A DNA stretch of 64,000 bases from Verrucomicrobiota bacterium (lineage in GTDB: Bacteria > Verrucomicrobiota > Verrucomicrobiia > Opitutales > Cerasicoccaceae): positions 128,001 to 192,000 of the forward strand of contig JBCBUK010000009.1 in assembly GCA_039818205.1 (NCBI GenBank), written 5' to 3'. Shown piece after piece: positions 61,931 to 64,000 of the stretch; position 1 is the first letter of the stretch, and every line of letters starts with the position of its first letter. The notes under the pieces are model-generated. The model was given only the letters and a program-made list of their open reading frames with translations. It was not told where the DNA came from and made no database searches. A program made the position numbers and the translations under genes.

Positions 61931-63616
61931 ATGTCATTTCATTCTCTTGATTTTTTCAAAATTTCCGCGGTCGCTCTTGCACCATTAGCGATCGTTCCTG
62001 AAGTCTTTGGCACCCAGGCTTACTACGATTTGACGGTCTACAACGACTTTGCCAATGGCGAATATTATGGTGCCACCCCGTCAAGCTCTGACATCTGGTT
62101 GTTGAGCAATTTCGAATTCGATTACAACACTTCATCTGGATTCGTTAAGGGCAATTCGAGCGCCGGTACCTATGGTACGGCGGTTCGGCTGAGCGATATT
62201 GACGGCGGAAAAATGCGCATCTACTCCACTGATGGTGGCACACGCATCTATTCGGTACTTAGCCAAGGCAGTACCGCTCCGACCTTCTCCGATTTGGACT
62301 CGAAGCCAAATAACTATTTTGAGTGGAGCTTCTCCAGTAGTAATCCGGGTACCCTCGATATGAGTTGGATTGACAGCTTCGACTATCTGTCGCGCTTGAA
62401 GGTATCAGCGAAGGGAACGTCTAGTCCGGCACCAACAATCGTTACCTTTGGTGCGGGCTCTTCGAAAACAACGCAACAAGTTGGCAGCGCGTTGAATACG
62501 TATGTGAATCAAACGGGAGGAAATTACTCTTGGTTGGGAACCAGTGGCTATTCTACATCGATAAGCTATACCGGGGCTACCAACGCTGTTCGATGGATTA
62601 CCAATAATTCCGGTACGGCTGGGTCCATCAATGCTCAGAACAACAAGAGCTACACGCGGGGATTGGATAATATCATCACCGAAGCGAGTAACAGCACGCA
62701 TGTTTGGAAGGCCGGAACTCCCGCCACGGGTCCGAACTGGACCGACAAGGGATTCCGTATATCAGGTTTGCAAGGAGTCAGTCCGCCGGATGGTTCAACG
62801 CTGTCCGATACAGCAACGATGTGGTCAGCCTACGTCAACTTCACCAAGGATCAGGGGACGGGCAAATACACGATGGTGGTCACCGAATTCACGATCTATG
62901 GCGGAACGGGAACCAATGCATCGTATAAGCAGTTATGGACTGCTGGTGCTACGACCTACTCGGTGACCCAAGATGATGGTGCCCTTGACGCGATTTGGAC
63001 TTCAAGTGTCAACAACTTGTCGAGCACACCGGCTTGGATTACGAACCTTGGCGCGAACAACAACAACTTATTCTACGCGCTCTATAATGCCATCGCCTCG
63101 GGCGTCATCTACAATGATGACTTTGTGAGCGACACTACCTTACCGAGCTGGACGGGTTACGTTCCCTACGTAGCAGGTCAGCAAATCTATAATTTCGAAA
63201 TCCTGTTTCAGGGTGGTCAGGTTGACCAAAGTACCTATCCAGGTGGATTGACGGGCAATCTGACCGGGACGGATTTGGTCGCATTGATGAAAGCGCGGGA
63301 CTCCGCGGATGACCTTATCAATCCTTACTTTCTGGAGCTTCTCAGCGTAATGCACCAAACGCCGGCCTATTTGTTTCCTTCCCAGGATTTCTGGGGATCT
63401 GAGTCTCTCGGCAGCGATTCTTATATTGGCCTTCAGCCAGGTCCGCTCAACGGTGATGATGTGTTTGGAGATGCGACGTTTGATTGGTATCTCGGGAGCA
63501 AAGGAAGCGACCTGGTCATCCCAGAACCGCGCACTGCAGTTGCTTTTGGAGCCGGAGCACTTGCCCTCGCGGTTTACATGCGACGACGAAGAAAAGGGCA
63601 GAAATCCGAATCTTAG
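61931..63616 (+). CDS. Large PEP-CTERM protein with possible GH64/thaumatin-like domain
   Basis: Signal peptide; C-terminal IPEP + TM + RRRRK; motifs RIY, YFEW..WIDSF and NPY...AYLFP. Confidence 0.8.
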   Translation: MSFHSLDFFKISAVALAPLAIVPEVFGTQAYYDLTVYNDFANGEYYGATPSSSDIWLLSNFEFDYNTSSGFVKGNSSAGTYGTAVRLSDIDGGKMRIYSTDGGTRIYSVLSQGSTAPTFSDLDSKPNNYFEWSFSSSNPGTLDMSWIDSFDYLSRLKVSAKGTSSPAPTIVTFGAGSSKTTQQVGSALNTYVNQTGGNYSWLGTSGYSTSISYTGATNAVRWITNNSGTAGSINAQNNKSYTRGLDNIITEASNSTHVWKAGTPATGPNWTDKGFRISGLQGVSPPDGSTLSDTATMWSAYVNFTKDQGTGKYTMVVTEFTIYGGTGTNASYKQLWTAGATTYSVTQDDGALDAIWTSSVNNLSSTPAWITNLGANNNNLFYALYNAIASGVIYNDDFVSDTTLPSWTGYVPYVAGQQIYNFEILFQGGQVDQSTYPGGLTGNLTGTDLVALMKARDSADDLINPYFLELLSVMHQTPAYLFPSQDFWGSESLGSDSYIGLQPGPLNGDDVFGDATFDWYLGSKGSDLVIPEPRTAVAFGAGALALAVYMRRRRKGQKSES

Positions 63617-64000
63617 ACGATCTCGTTTTCCCGCCATATCGTGGTGGAGTCATCGCCGTCGCTGAGCACTAACGCACGTTCTGCGGTAATCACTCCGACG
63701 GATTCGCAGCTCAGGCCGCGCGCATTGAACCGCTCGATGATCGGATGACGGTTCTCTGGCAGGCAGGTGATCAAATATCCGAAACTCGGAAAAGCGGTGC
63801 TCCAATGGGTTAGCGGGCATCTGTCGGGTCGAGGAATCGAATCGATGTCTACCTGGGCTCCGACATTGGAACATTCAAGCAGCATCATGAGCGTGCCAAA
63901 GATACCGCCGTTGCTGATGTCTTTAGCCGCATTGGAGAGCCTCGCTTCTGCGATCTGCGGAAGTAGTTCAATGTCTCCGCGTAGTTGCTCCTCGTCAGCC
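63613..64000 (-). CDS. AIR synthase-related protein (sll0787-like), 3' part
   Basis: QLRGDIELLPQIAE..AAKDISNGGIFGTLMMLLECS...AFPSFGY; runs off the window end. Confidence 0.8.
   Translation of the reverse strand, partial: ADEEQLRGDIELLPQIAEARLSNAAKDISNGGIFGTLMMLLECSNVGAQVDIDSIPRPDRCPLTHWSTAFPSFGYLITCLPENRHPIIERFNARGLSCESVGVITAERALVLSDGDDSTTIWRENEIV

Overview
Bacterial chromosomal window, most likely Verrucomicrobiota/Opitutia. This taxonomy is inferred from three PEP-CTERM proteins plus an exosortase, GYF-like proteins, a PAS-AraC regulator, a sulfatase, DUF1080 and a large-sensor NarL-type two-component system. Positions 1-35 kb are mostly housekeeping genes (der, FKBP PPIase, carA, psd, hisD, shc, fmt, parB, secG, trpF, split pta, murJ) with a few odd inserts: a divergent RHH/RHH-nuclease/HTH switch at 6.1-7.5 kb, an orphan roadblock-like gene, a minimal kinase + PP2C pair, and SecG with an 11-mer repeat tail. 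Positions 35-48 kb hold a glycan-utilisation region (CBM-bearing secreted protein, GT4, SGNH, AraC, Tat-Gfo/Idh/MocA, DUF1080, sulfatase, GH2). The most striking element is a nine-gene minus-strand operon (48113-58590). It links two solute-binding-protein/OmpA fusions, a secreted vWA protein, a 2-TM coiled-coil protein, a PspA/Vipp1 (bacterial ESCRT-III-like) protein, a complete NitT/TauT-type ABC transporter and a classical-clade AAA+ ATPase. It is a candidate envelope-sensing and membrane-remodelling system. The window ends with a two-component system, a large GH64-like PEP-CTERM protein and the 3' end of an sll0787-type AIR-synthase-like gene. No tRNA, rRNA, CRISPR array, transposase or integrase was seen. 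All family calls come from motif recognition by eye, not from database searches.
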